Assembly: GCA_037308085.1 (NCBI GenBank)
Contig: CP147779.1
Coordinates: 736,001-800,000, forward strand
Reading direction: 5' to 3'
DNA: 64,000 nt
From: Promethearchaeati archaeon SRVP18_Atabeyarchaeia-1
Lineage (GTDB): Archaea > Asgardarchaeota > Atabeyarchaeia > Atabeyarchaeales > Atabeyarchaeaceae
The notes beneath the pieces were generated by a model. The model was not told the origin of the DNA. It made no database searches and saw nothing but the letters and a program-made list of their open reading frames with translations. Both the position numbers and the translations under genes were made by a program. Shown here piece by piece: positions 38,707-47,167 of the stretch. The first letter of the stretch is position 1; every line of letters begins with the position of its first letter.

Positions 38707-39738
38707 ATGAGGGTCCCAGTGGCAAGTGTCAACGGACAACCCTTGATGCCTACCACTCCCCAAAGAGCCAGAACACTACTAAGAGCCGGCATTGCTGAGA
38801 AGCGCTGGAACAAACTCGGACAATTCTACATTCAGATGCGGCAAGACATCGCATCAAACAGGCAGGGACTCTGCCTAGCGGTAGACACTGGAAGCAAGTG
38901 GGATGGCGTCGCTGTACTATCCACGATTGGAGTCATCACTAGTAGCATGCTCGTACTTCCCTTGGGGGTGGCAGAGAGACTTGACCGGCGACGAATGATA
39001 CGTCGAGCAAGACGTCACAGGAAGACACGCAGACGACCCCAACGATTTGACAATAGACGCAAACCTGAAGGATGGCTCGCACCAAGCCAGAAAGCCAAAG
39101 TAGACTTCCGAATAAGGATCGTCGATGAACTGTGCAAAATCTATCCTGCAACCCAGTTCGCGGTCGAAGACGTGCACTTCAACAAATACAAAAGGCGCTG
39201 GACAAGGCATGCTAACACCGCCGAGCAAGGCAAAACGATGTTCTACAGGCACCTAAGAAAACTCGGAAGGCTTACACTCTACGACGGATTCGAGACCGCA
39301 GAGTTCAGAAAGAGCCTGAAACTGCAGAAAAATGGAGTTAAGCGAGAACTAACTTGGGATACACATGCGATAGACGCCATTGCAATTGGTTGCAATGACA
39401 TTGGATGTGTCAATCCCTACCCACAAGAATTCTGGGTTTGGAGACGCTCCCAGCCTCCCAGACGACAACTCCAGCGAATTCAACCTAGAAAAGGCGGCAA
39501 CCGAGTACGTTACGGAGGAACTTGGAGCATCCCGCCATTCAAGAAAGGCGACGTGGTTCAGTACCGCGGCGGTCTTGCCAGGGTCGGAGGTTTCAGGGAC
39601 GGCCTAATTTCACTACACAACTTTGATCTAGATAACGAGCGCTTCACAACGAGAGCAAAGCCAGACGAGTGTAAACGACTCTTCAACCAACGAGTCTTCA
39701 GCAAATATGAAAGGCTTCAGTTAATCTTACCGCCGTAG
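38707..39738 (+). CDS. isrB: IsrB RNA-guided nickase (PLMP/RRXRR, split RuvC, no HNH)
   Basis: PLMPT, AVDTGSK (RuvC-I), bridge helix RR.IRRARR, GWLAPS, AVED (RuvC-II), THAIDA (RuvC-III); no HNH domain. Confidence 0.88.
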   Translation: MRVPVASVNGQPLMPTTPQRARTLLRAGIAEKRWNKLGQFYIQMRQDIASNRQGLCLAVDTGSKWDGVAVLSTIGVITSSMLVLPLGVAERLDRRRMIRRARRHRKTRRRPQRFDNRRKPEGWLAPSQKAKVDFRIRIVDELCKIYPATQFAVEDVHFNKYKRRWTRHANTAEQGKTMFYRHLRKLGRLTLYDGFETAEFRKSLKLQKNGVKRELTWDTHAIDAIAIGCNDIGCVNPYPQEFWVWRRSQPPRRQLQRIQPRKGGNRVRYGGTWSIPPFKKGDVVQYRGGLARVGGFRDGLISLHNFDLDNERFTTRAKPDECKRLFNQRVFSKYERLQLILPP

Positions 39739-39780
39739 CGCTGGGATCTCCTTGAGGTGGTTTGACAAAGCGTACAGCGA

Positions 39781-40018
39781 GTCAGTTACCCATGTATGAA
39801 GGACATGGGTTTGAGATGGTGGCATCAACGCAAGGGCTGACTAGCCTAAGGGGCAACTCAAGCCCCTCCCCGTGTCGGGCTATAAGAACGTACGAATGCG
39901 AGACCTAGTTCGTACCTCTTCGGGAGAACCACTGAATCCAATGGCTGCTGGAAACGGTAGCCTATGCCCGACTTGGCTTGGCGAAGGTCACTAAACCCGC
40001 AAGGGGGCGAATATCGCC
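39781..40018 (+). ncRNA. HEARO/omegaRNA scaffold downstream of isrB
   Basis: GTCAGTTACCC-hairpin start, CTGACTAGCC, GTCGGGC/GCCCGAC helix, GTACGAA..GACCTAGTTCGTAC hairpin whose loop is complementary to AGGTC in TTGGCGAAGGTC. Confidence 0.8.
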
Positions 40019-40181
40019 ACCAACTCTTCGAGATCCAAGCATGCTGTCAGATAACTCATAATATCTGCGACTCTCAGATAGCTAGGCTTACAATCGATCC
40101 CGGATTTTGACATGGCTACACAAGTGATGGTTTATGAGAAGGGATAAACTTAAATTGAACAAAGTACTTTTCATGGCTGAA

Positions 40182-40243
40182 ATGAGGAAACGACGGTCGT
40201 CTTGAGCGCCGCGCGGCGCAGTGATGAGGCGTACAGCCGCTGA
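40182..40243 (+). ncRNA. Box C/D guide sRNA (predicted 23S A-loop Um2552 guide)
   Basis: C ATGAGGA 40182-88, D' TTGA 40202-05, C' GTGATGA 40221-27, D CTGA 40240-43; two 12-13 nt guides; TATA-like CTTAAAT about 30 nt upstream. Confidence 0.75.
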
Positions 40244-40423
40244 TCTTTCCCGTCTATTGTCTCCCTGCCTCGAAGGCATTGTTGCTGGGGTATGATGTTT
40301 GGTGGGGGAGGTGGGAGACATCTTTTTATAGATCATAGCACACGAGAATATTGTTCTTGGTTCAGGGAGTTAGTGCTGCTTTATTTCTGTTTCATCATCG
40401 GTCCTACTTAGGAGTAGTTTCTG

Positions 40424-40489
40424 ATGAAAGGGAATACGAAGTATGTTTTCGTGACAGGGGGCAACAGAATCGGATTACACGTTACCTAG
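40424..40489 (+). pseudogene. pyrG N-terminal fragment (21 codons)
   Basis: MKGNTKYVFVTGG versus MRGNTKYIFVTGG of the intact pyrG downstream; has its own GGAG RBS. Confidence 0.7.
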
Positions 40490-40654
40490 AGGTTGTGTCG
40501 ACAGCGTTTTCAGCTTCTTCACGAAATGCGTTTAAGAGGAATGAAGACAGATCCTATCACACATGGTGGTATTATTGGTGAGAATCCTCTTTCGGAAATA
40601 AAGATCCTATTCAGTTATTCTTGAGTAATGAGAGACTCATCTTCAGGTGTAGCA

Positions 40655-42361
40655 ATGATGAGAGGCAATACCAAATACATTTTTGTAACAGGCGGTGTCA
40701 TGTCGGGGCTGGGGAAGGGGGTTAGCGCTGCCTCGATTGGGAAGATTATGCAGTTTAGGGGTTTTGATGTTGACGCCATTAAGATTGATCCCTACCTCAA
40801 CGTGGATCCGGGGACGCTGAACCCGGTGGAGCATGGGGAGGTCTTCATAACGGATAACGTTTGGGAGTTTAGGCCTGTTGAAGATATGATGCTCAGGATC
40901 TCGGAAATAGACCAGGATTTTGGCACCTACGAGAGGTTTCTTGGCAAGAGCATCGATCCATCCCACAACATAACTTCGGGGCAGGTTTATCTAACGGTTA
41001 TCATGAGGGAGAGGCGCGGTGACTTTCTCGGTAAGACTGTCCAGATCATTCCACACGTCACAGATGAGATAAAGAGTAGGCTTAGAAAAGTTGTTGAAGA
41101 GGACAAGCCTGACCTCCTTATCACCGAAGTCGGTGGAACCGTAGGCGATATAGAGTCCAGTCCTTATCTTGAAGCTATTAGACAGATCAGGTTGGAGGAG
41201 AAAAGGGAGAATGTTGTTCTGGTTCACGTGACCTTGGTGCCTTACCTTGAAACCGTGGGTCAATTGAAGTCGAAGCCTACGCAGCACAGCGTCAGGTTGT
41301 TGCAACAGGCGGGTTTGCAGCCCGACGTGATACTTGGCAGAGCCGTAGTGCCACTGACGACTGATGTCAAGCGGAAGATCAGCTTGTTCTGCAACGTCCA
41401 GCCTGAAGCCGTCATATCAAACCCAAATCTGGAAGTCGTGTATGAACTTCCAATACTATTCGAGAAGGAAGGGCTAGGCGATCATCTATGCAAAATACTC
41501 GATCTTCCCAAGAGACGAGTAGACAGCAGCCATTGGGCGAATGTGGTCAACCTTTACAAGAATGTGACACGAGAAGTATCCATCGCGATGCCAGGAAAAT
41601 ACGTCGCGATTCCAGACAGCTATGTCAGCATCAACGAGGCTTTAAGGCATGCTGGCGCGGCTTCCAGCGCGACCGCAAAGATCAACTGGATAGATACGGA
41701 GCTAATTGAGAAAGAGCCAGAGAAAAGGAAAGATCTTCTGAAATACGACGGAATCCTTGCGACGCCGGGATTTGGCGGGAGAGGCGTGGAAGGAATGATC
41801 TTGACTGCTCAGACGGCTCTGGAATTCGGGATGCCTTACCTAGGAATATGCTACGGCGCGCAAATGCTCTTCATCGCATTCTGCAGAACGGTGTTGGGCT
41901 TAAAGAATGCCAACACGACTGAAGTCGAGCCCGAGACACCGTTCCCCGTAGTTGACTTCCTTCCAGAACAGAAGCTAATAGATAGCAAGGGCGGGACGAT
42001 GAGGCTAGGAGGGCACGTTGTTAAAATAAAGAAAGGAACCAAACTCTACAGCGCCTACGGGAAAGACGCGGTTGTCGAACGGTTCAGGCACAGATATCAT
42101 CTAATAAGCGATTACATGCAGCAAGCGGAGAAAGCCGGGCTCGTAGTATCAGCTTATGATGAAACAGGCAAGATCATCAACGCTATCGAAATTGGAGGGA
42201 ACGCATGGATCTTGGGGGTTCAGTTTCACCCCGAGTTCACCAGCAGACCTGATAATCCGAACCCTCTTTACTCTGCGTTTATTAGGGCCGCGATAGAATG
42301 GAGAGACGGAGGGAAGAAGACCAATCCCCTCAAATTGGCCGAAGTAGGTTCAAGGCAATGA
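40655..42361 (+). CDS. pyrG: CTP synthase
   Basis: KYIFVTGGVMSGLGKG, KIDPYLNVDPGT, VQIIPH, KPTQHSV, GICYG, RFRHRY, QFHPE. Confidence 0.97.
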   Translation: MMRGNTKYIFVTGGVMSGLGKGVSAASIGKIMQFRGFDVDAIKIDPYLNVDPGTLNPVEHGEVFITDNVWEFRPVEDMMLRISEIDQDFGTYERFLGKSIDPSHNITSGQVYLTVIMRERRGDFLGKTVQIIPHVTDEIKSRLRKVVEEDKPDLLITEVGGTVGDIESSPYLEAIRQIRLEEKRENVVLVHVTLVPYLETVGQLKSKPTQHSVRLLQQAGLQPDVILGRAVVPLTTDVKRKISLFCNVQPEAVISNPNLEVVYELPILFEKEGLGDHLCKILDLPKRRVDSSHWANVVNLYKNVTREVSIAMPGKYVAIPDSYVSINEALRHAGAASSATAKINWIDTELIEKEPEKRKDLLKYDGILATPGFGGRGVEGMILTAQTALEFGMPYLGICYGAQMLFIAFCRTVLGLKNANTTEVEPETPFPVVDFLPEQKLIDSKGGTMRLGGHVVKIKKGTKLYSAYGKDAVVERFRHRYHLISDYMQQAEKAGLVVSAYDETGKIINAIEIGGNAWILGVQFHPEFTSRPDNPNPLYSAFIRAAIEWRDGGKKTNPLKLAEVGSRQ

Positions 42362-43539
42362 GTGGAAGGCAGGGTAGCAGGAATCCCTTTGAACTCGATG
42401 AGACTGTCAAGAGCATCGCATCAGAAATAAGGAGACTCGAAGAAGATAGAAGCAAGCTGGCTACAGCTCTCAGGGATGTAAGACGCAGTCTGGAATTCAC
42501 TATTCTCTCTCCGCAGATCATCAGGGACATTCTCGAAGAGAGGTTTTCTTACGAAGTCAAACGCACGGATCTTGTGGGACTTCGAGTCGCAGGAATAGAT
42601 GGAGGCATAGTGGCGCGATCGTACCAGAACATAGACCTAATACTCACTAGGGCAGTAGGAGCCATCTTTACCTATAGGCCGGGTGGCAAGCTTGAGGTTG
42701 GATACTTTCCGGAGGAAACACCTCTCCCAAGCATAATCTCAAATCTCATGCCTTCCTCGGTCTCAGATTTCGAGCTCAGAGCATCGATCGAGAGGATTAC
42801 TTGTGAGTTGCAGCTTGCCATAGCTTTGCAGGATTATGCCAAGGTTGACCTTATCATTCTCGACGGATCGATCGTGCCCCAGCTCAGCGACAGGCCCCCA
42901 TTTTACTCAACGCTAGGGAGTAGATACAGGAAAGTCGTGGACCTGTATGAAACGCTTTACAGACTGTGCATGGATACGGGGACGCTTCTGGCTGGCGTTG
43001 TAGAAGACAGCCGGAGCATAAGGTACATGCAAATCCTCGGTAGATTGCTCCCTCACCTGATAGAGAAAGTGCCATCACTTAAGAAGATCCTTGAATTCGA
43101 TTACAGGAGGGTCGTCCAGCAGACCAAGGACGCTGATCTTTTGGAGAAGGTGCTGGATCCGGGAGAGAGGACGTCGGTCTTCCACTACGCGGAGTCTGAC
43201 TCAGATTACTCAGCTTTTGGCGACTTTAGTAGCAAGACGTGGGCAGATCTCGTGAATGTTTTCTATCTTAGAACCGTGGAGTTCGACAAACCGATCAGGG
43301 TCGAATATTTGGGAACGGGATCCAACAAGGTTCTGACGGCTAGAAAGATAGCGTCGGCAATCTATCCTCTTTCATGTCATCATGCGCAATACGGTATCCC
43401 CTCAGTTCTGATTGAGGCGGATGCAAGGGCACACCTGCGTGACGGTGACATAGAGATAATATACGAGCAGCTTATCGAGAAAACTGGCAACCCTCTGATG
43501 CTAGCCAAGATTAGAAGGGAAAGGCGACCATTCTGGTAA
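42358..43539 (+). CDS. nurA: NurA-family nuclease
   Basis: AGIDGG, E...A, ILDGS, GVVEDS, YGIPSVLIEAD..A; overlaps the pyrG stop codon. Confidence 0.85.
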   Translation: MSGRQGSRNPFELDETVKSIASEIRRLEEDRSKLATALRDVRRSLEFTILSPQIIRDILEERFSYEVKRTDLVGLRVAGIDGGIVARSYQNIDLILTRAVGAIFTYRPGGKLEVGYFPEETPLPSIISNLMPSSVSDFELRASIERITCELQLAIALQDYAKVDLIILDGSIVPQLSDRPPFYSTLGSRYRKVVDLYETLYRLCMDTGTLLAGVVEDSRSIRYMQILGRLLPHLIEKVPSLKKILEFDYRRVVQQTKDADLLEKVLDPGERTSVFHYAESDSDYSAFGDFSSKTWADLVNVFYLRTVEFDKPIRVEYLGTGSNKVLTARKIASAIYPLSCHHAQYGIPSVLIEADARAHLRDGDIEIIYEQLIEKTGNPLMLAKIRRERRPFW

Positions 43540-43581
43540 TCCTAAAGGTTATCTATTCCCATCTGAATGATAAGGTGAAAA

Positions 43582-45102
43582 GTGAAGATGCAAGGAAAGG
43601 AAATCGGATCGGTGGTTTGCACTATTGATGGGCCAAGCTCAACAGAGTTTAGCTTCGTTGTGACAAGATCGACTGAGGGCGATGTACCAGTCAGGAGAGG
43701 ACAGCTCGTTGAGCTCAAGGGAGAAGAAGGGGAAGTCATAGGATCCGTAACTGAGATCCTGAAGACCAACAGGTACTTCGAGAGGGCTGAGGCTGTCAAG
43801 GAATTTGAGAGAAGCGCCCCAATTAGGACAATCTTTCCAGTTGACAGGTGGGAATATGTAATCGCAACTGCAAAATTGATGGGGGTGCGCAACAGTGCAA
43901 ACGGAAGATTCGTGAAGGCGGATTACCCACCAAGCCCCGGTGAAAAAGTCTACCTAGCTGAGGATGAACTGATATCCGACATTTTGGGTTTCGAACGCGA
44001 GGATGGGTTATACCTCGGAACGCTCTACCAGCACAGCACGAAAGTGAGCCTTAATCTCACGAGGCTTCTGCAGAAACATGCCGCCTTACTCGGAATCTCC
44101 GGCGGAGGGAAGTCGTATCTTGCCTCTGTGATGATCGAGGAGTTGCTCTCGCGAAGAAAGGAGCAGGGGCGTTTAGCCATAGTTGTCGTTGATGTTCACG
44201 GAGAGTACACTTCTCTTGCAGAGAAACCCAGTGAAACCAGCATTGAGGATTACTCGGGTAGGGTTACAGTCGTCAAGGGGAGTTACTTTGAAATCGCCGC
44301 GCGCCACCTGAGTCCGGTCCTGATGATGGAGCTCGCTCCTCAGATGTCGGTGATCCAAGCTAGGGAACTAAGCAGAATATTCGATGGCGTGAAGAAGAGG
44401 TCGATGGAGTCGAAACAGCCATTCTCCTTGCCAGACATAATCAAAGACGTGGAATCAGACGAACACATAAATCCAAGGAGCAAGGAGGCTTTACTGGGGT
44501 GGCTCTTTGACCTCGAGAGCCTGAAAATCGTCGGACGTGAAGAGAACCCTAGCCTCGACGACGCGTTGGCGCCTGGTAAAGCGGTGATAATTGATCTCAG
44601 CGACACCGTGAATCTGCGCAGGAAGCAGATTATCGTCACCTATCTCGCAACGAGGCTGTTCTCGCTGAGGAGAAGAGAAGAGGTTCCTCCCTTTGTGATG
44701 ATCCTAGAAGAGGCACACCAGTTTTGCCCTGAAGGAAGCAAGATCCGCGCGCCTTCGAGAGGGATCATTGAGACGATAGCGAGGGAAGGAAGGAAATTCT
44801 TTGCATCACTTGTCCTGATCAGCCAGAGGCCAGTAAGGCTATCAACAACAGTGTTATCACAGTGCAACACTCACATCGTGATGAGGGTTACAAACCCCTA
44901 TGACCTTCAGCATATCGGTGAGAGCAGTGAGGGTATTGATCGTCCTGCTCTCGACATTATCTCGTCCCTGCGGGCAGGGGAAGCGCTCATAGTGGGCTCA
45001 GCAGTGAATTTTCCGATCTTCATGTCAATAAGAAAAAGGAAGTCCAACGAGCCTCGGCTTTCAAGAAGCCTTGAAGAGGTTGCTAGGCGCTTCGATTCCT
45101 AG
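43582..45102 (+). CDS. herA: HerA-family helicase/ATPase
   Basis: HAS-barrel N-domain, KHAALLGISGGGKSY, D.HGEY, LEEAHQF, IAREGRKF, SQRP. Confidence 0.9.
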   Translation: MKMQGKEIGSVVCTIDGPSSTEFSFVVTRSTEGDVPVRRGQLVELKGEEGEVIGSVTEILKTNRYFERAEAVKEFERSAPIRTIFPVDRWEYVIATAKLMGVRNSANGRFVKADYPPSPGEKVYLAEDELISDILGFEREDGLYLGTLYQHSTKVSLNLTRLLQKHAALLGISGGGKSYLASVMIEELLSRRKEQGRLAIVVVDVHGEYTSLAEKPSETSIEDYSGRVTVVKGSYFEIAARHLSPVLMMELAPQMSVIQARELSRIFDGVKKRSMESKQPFSLPDIIKDVESDEHINPRSKEALLGWLFDLESLKIVGREENPSLDDALAPGKAVIIDLSDTVNLRRKQIIVTYLATRLFSLRRREEVPPFVMILEEAHQFCPEGSKIRAPSRGIIETIAREGRKFFASLVLISQRPVRLSTTVLSQCNTHIVMRVTNPYDLQHIGESSEGIDRPALDIISSLRAGEALIVGSAVNFPIFMSIRKRKSNEPRLSRSLEEVARRFDS

Positions 45103-45108
45103 TGCCTG

Positions 45109-45384
45109 CTAGCGAAATGCTATAATAACCCTGTCGACGGCGGGCTCGCAGATCTTACGTACACCGTGGACTCCGGGTTCGTAGCGGGCTTTCACTAAGC
45201 CAGCTTCTTCAAGAATCTTGATCTGCGCTGATATGTTTGCCTCAGTCTGGCTCAGAGTGAGTGCGATTCTGCTGACATCGATTCCTCTTCTCTGAAGCAG
45301 TTTCATTATCTCCCATCGTGTCGGAGATGCAAGGGCTTTGGCCAGTTTGGACACGTCATCGCCGCTGATCTCGATCTCGGACAT
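45109..45384 (-). CDS. ArsR-family HTH regulator
   Basis: KALASPTRWEIM.LL....VSRIA..L.QTEANISAQIKILEEAGLV. Confidence 0.82.
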   Translation of the reverse strand: MSEIEISGDDVSKLAKALASPTRWEIMKLLQRRGIDVSRIALTLSQTEANISAQIKILEEAGLVKARYEPGVHGVRKICEPAVDRVIIAFR

Positions 45385-45589
45385 TTTGCATCAACTCACT
45401 AGATTAGCTACAGCCTGAAACAGCGACCGCGTTGGCGGTTGTTCTGTTCTGCTATACATTTAGTCCTCTCACTATTTAATATTTGCTTTGTCTATACAAT
45501 GATCCCGGCGTTTCTATGCTTAAGAAAGTCTTTAAGCTTAGCAGCTCACTATTTTGCTCTTGATGGCGAGAGATGATTTCACCCAATTC

Positions 45590-46547
45590 ATGAAACCTCT
45601 AAGAAGGAGGTATCCAGAGATTCGCTCAGCAAGGATCTTCAGAACGATAGACGACATGGACACGAAGATACTTGGATCAATAGAGCTAGGGATGCGGAGA
45701 TTCGAGTTTGTTCCAATAGAAGAGTTGCTGAAGATGACTAGGCTTTCGAGGAACGACCTTGACTTCCGTCTTTCAAAGCTTCTCAAGAAGGAGTTGGCTA
45801 GACGCTGGGTTGGTTCGTACGTTGGCTTTGAAGTTAGTCAGGTTGGCTATGACTGCCTAGCGTTTCATGCGTTAGTCAAGGAGAACGTGCTGGAAGCTAT
45901 AGGTCCGCCCGTGGGCGTCGGGAAGGAATGCACATGCCGCCAACTACGGCCTGCAGAGTGGTCAGCAGTGCACTGAGTCTGACGTCTACAGGGTTTCATT
46001 GACCTCAGGGGAACCCGCAGTCATCAAGCTCCACAGACATGGCAGAACGAGTTTCCGAACTGTAAGGAGGACAAGGGGATATGTAGCTGACAGAAGGCAT
46101 ACATCCTGGCTGTATATCTCGAGACTGGCAGCGACAAGAGAATATTTGGGGCTTCAGAGGCTCTACCCTGCCGGGGTATCCGTTCCCAAACCCATTGCCC
46201 AGAACAGGCATGCTATTGTAATGGGGGTAATCGAAGGTAACTCACTGGCGGAGTGCCATGTCCTGCGCAGACCTTCCAGAATGCTAGATGAAATCATCGA
46301 GAATATTAAGAAGGCCTACATCAAGGCTGACATTATTCATGCAGATCTGAGCGAGTATAATGTTCTGGTGACGCCGAAACTCAAGACTCTAATTATCGAT
46401 TGGCCTCAATGGATTAGCTCAAACCATCCCAACTGGCGCTTCTACCTTGAGAGAGATCTGACGAACATACTGAATTTCTTCGAAAGAAAATTCGGAATAA
46501 GGAAGGAACTCTCAGAAGTTTTTGCTTACGTGACGTCTCCCAAGTGA
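45590..46547 (+). CDS. rio2: RIO2 serine/threonine kinase, interrupted by a 49-nt insertion (join 45590-45927, 45977-46547)
   Basis: N-terminal wHTH, GYDCLA, restored GVGKESDVY, KLHR.GRTSF, A.RE, IHADLSEYN, IIDWPQ; start codon uncertain. Confidence 0.88.
45928..45976 (+). other. Putative mRNA intron (BHB-like) in rio2
   Basis: Removing these 49 nt restores the frame and the conserved motif; TGCAC/GTGCA intron stem, 12-bp exon-exon helix, GA|A and GA|G junctions. Confidence 0.6.
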
Positions 46548-46611
46548 CATGCGTCAGCCAATCGGCTTCAGAATTGTCTGAGAGAAATACCGAGAAAACA
46601 ATTGTTAAAGG

Positions 46612-46937
46612 AACCGATGATTCCCCAGCCACTAACGCTTGCCACCATCCATAGGCTTACGCCTTACGCTCAGACAAGTTCTCTCTGTGAGGGGAATGTT
46701 AGGGTTCGGTTCCCACGCACGGTCTGTACCCCTTTTGGGTATGGCTTTATGCGCGCACCAACCATTATTTGAATGCGCTCTGCACTCATTTCCTGGCGAA
46801 TCGCCGGAAGGATTCGTGTCGAGTCCGTTCTAAGGGGTAGTTTCGACCATGCAGCTCCGGTGTTGCCTATCCCCTTGCTCCAGTTATCATCGATTCAAAC
46901 TGGTCCTCTTTAGGAAGGCTACCGTCCCTTCATCGCT
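46612..46937 (-). ncRNA. Unidentified ~325-nt structured RNA candidate
   Basis: TATA-like TTTTAA about 25 nt upstream, paired termini (CGATGA/TCATCG), several internal helices, no credible ORF. Confidence 0.4.
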
Positions 46938-47167
46938 AAGAACACTACAGGAACTGATTTGGTTAAAAGGACTACTCTCTACGAAGAGATGCAGAGCGTC
47001 AGATGATCCGTCTTGTTTTTCGTGGCTTCTTGGCAACCAAAGAGAGAAGGGCGATGGTAAGAATCGTTGCCTTCTCCCTGTTGGAAAACATGTCTCCTCG
47101 ATTCACACCGTTTATGACTATTCAAGATACCTTGGTTTTGGAATGATAGAAAAAGAAAGAAATGGAG

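Noticed and set aside
39770-40237. 9-nt identity (GCGTACAGC) between the isrB spacer and the C/D guide
   Set aside because: Too short to separate from chance, and the C/D guide is already explained by rRNA complementarity.
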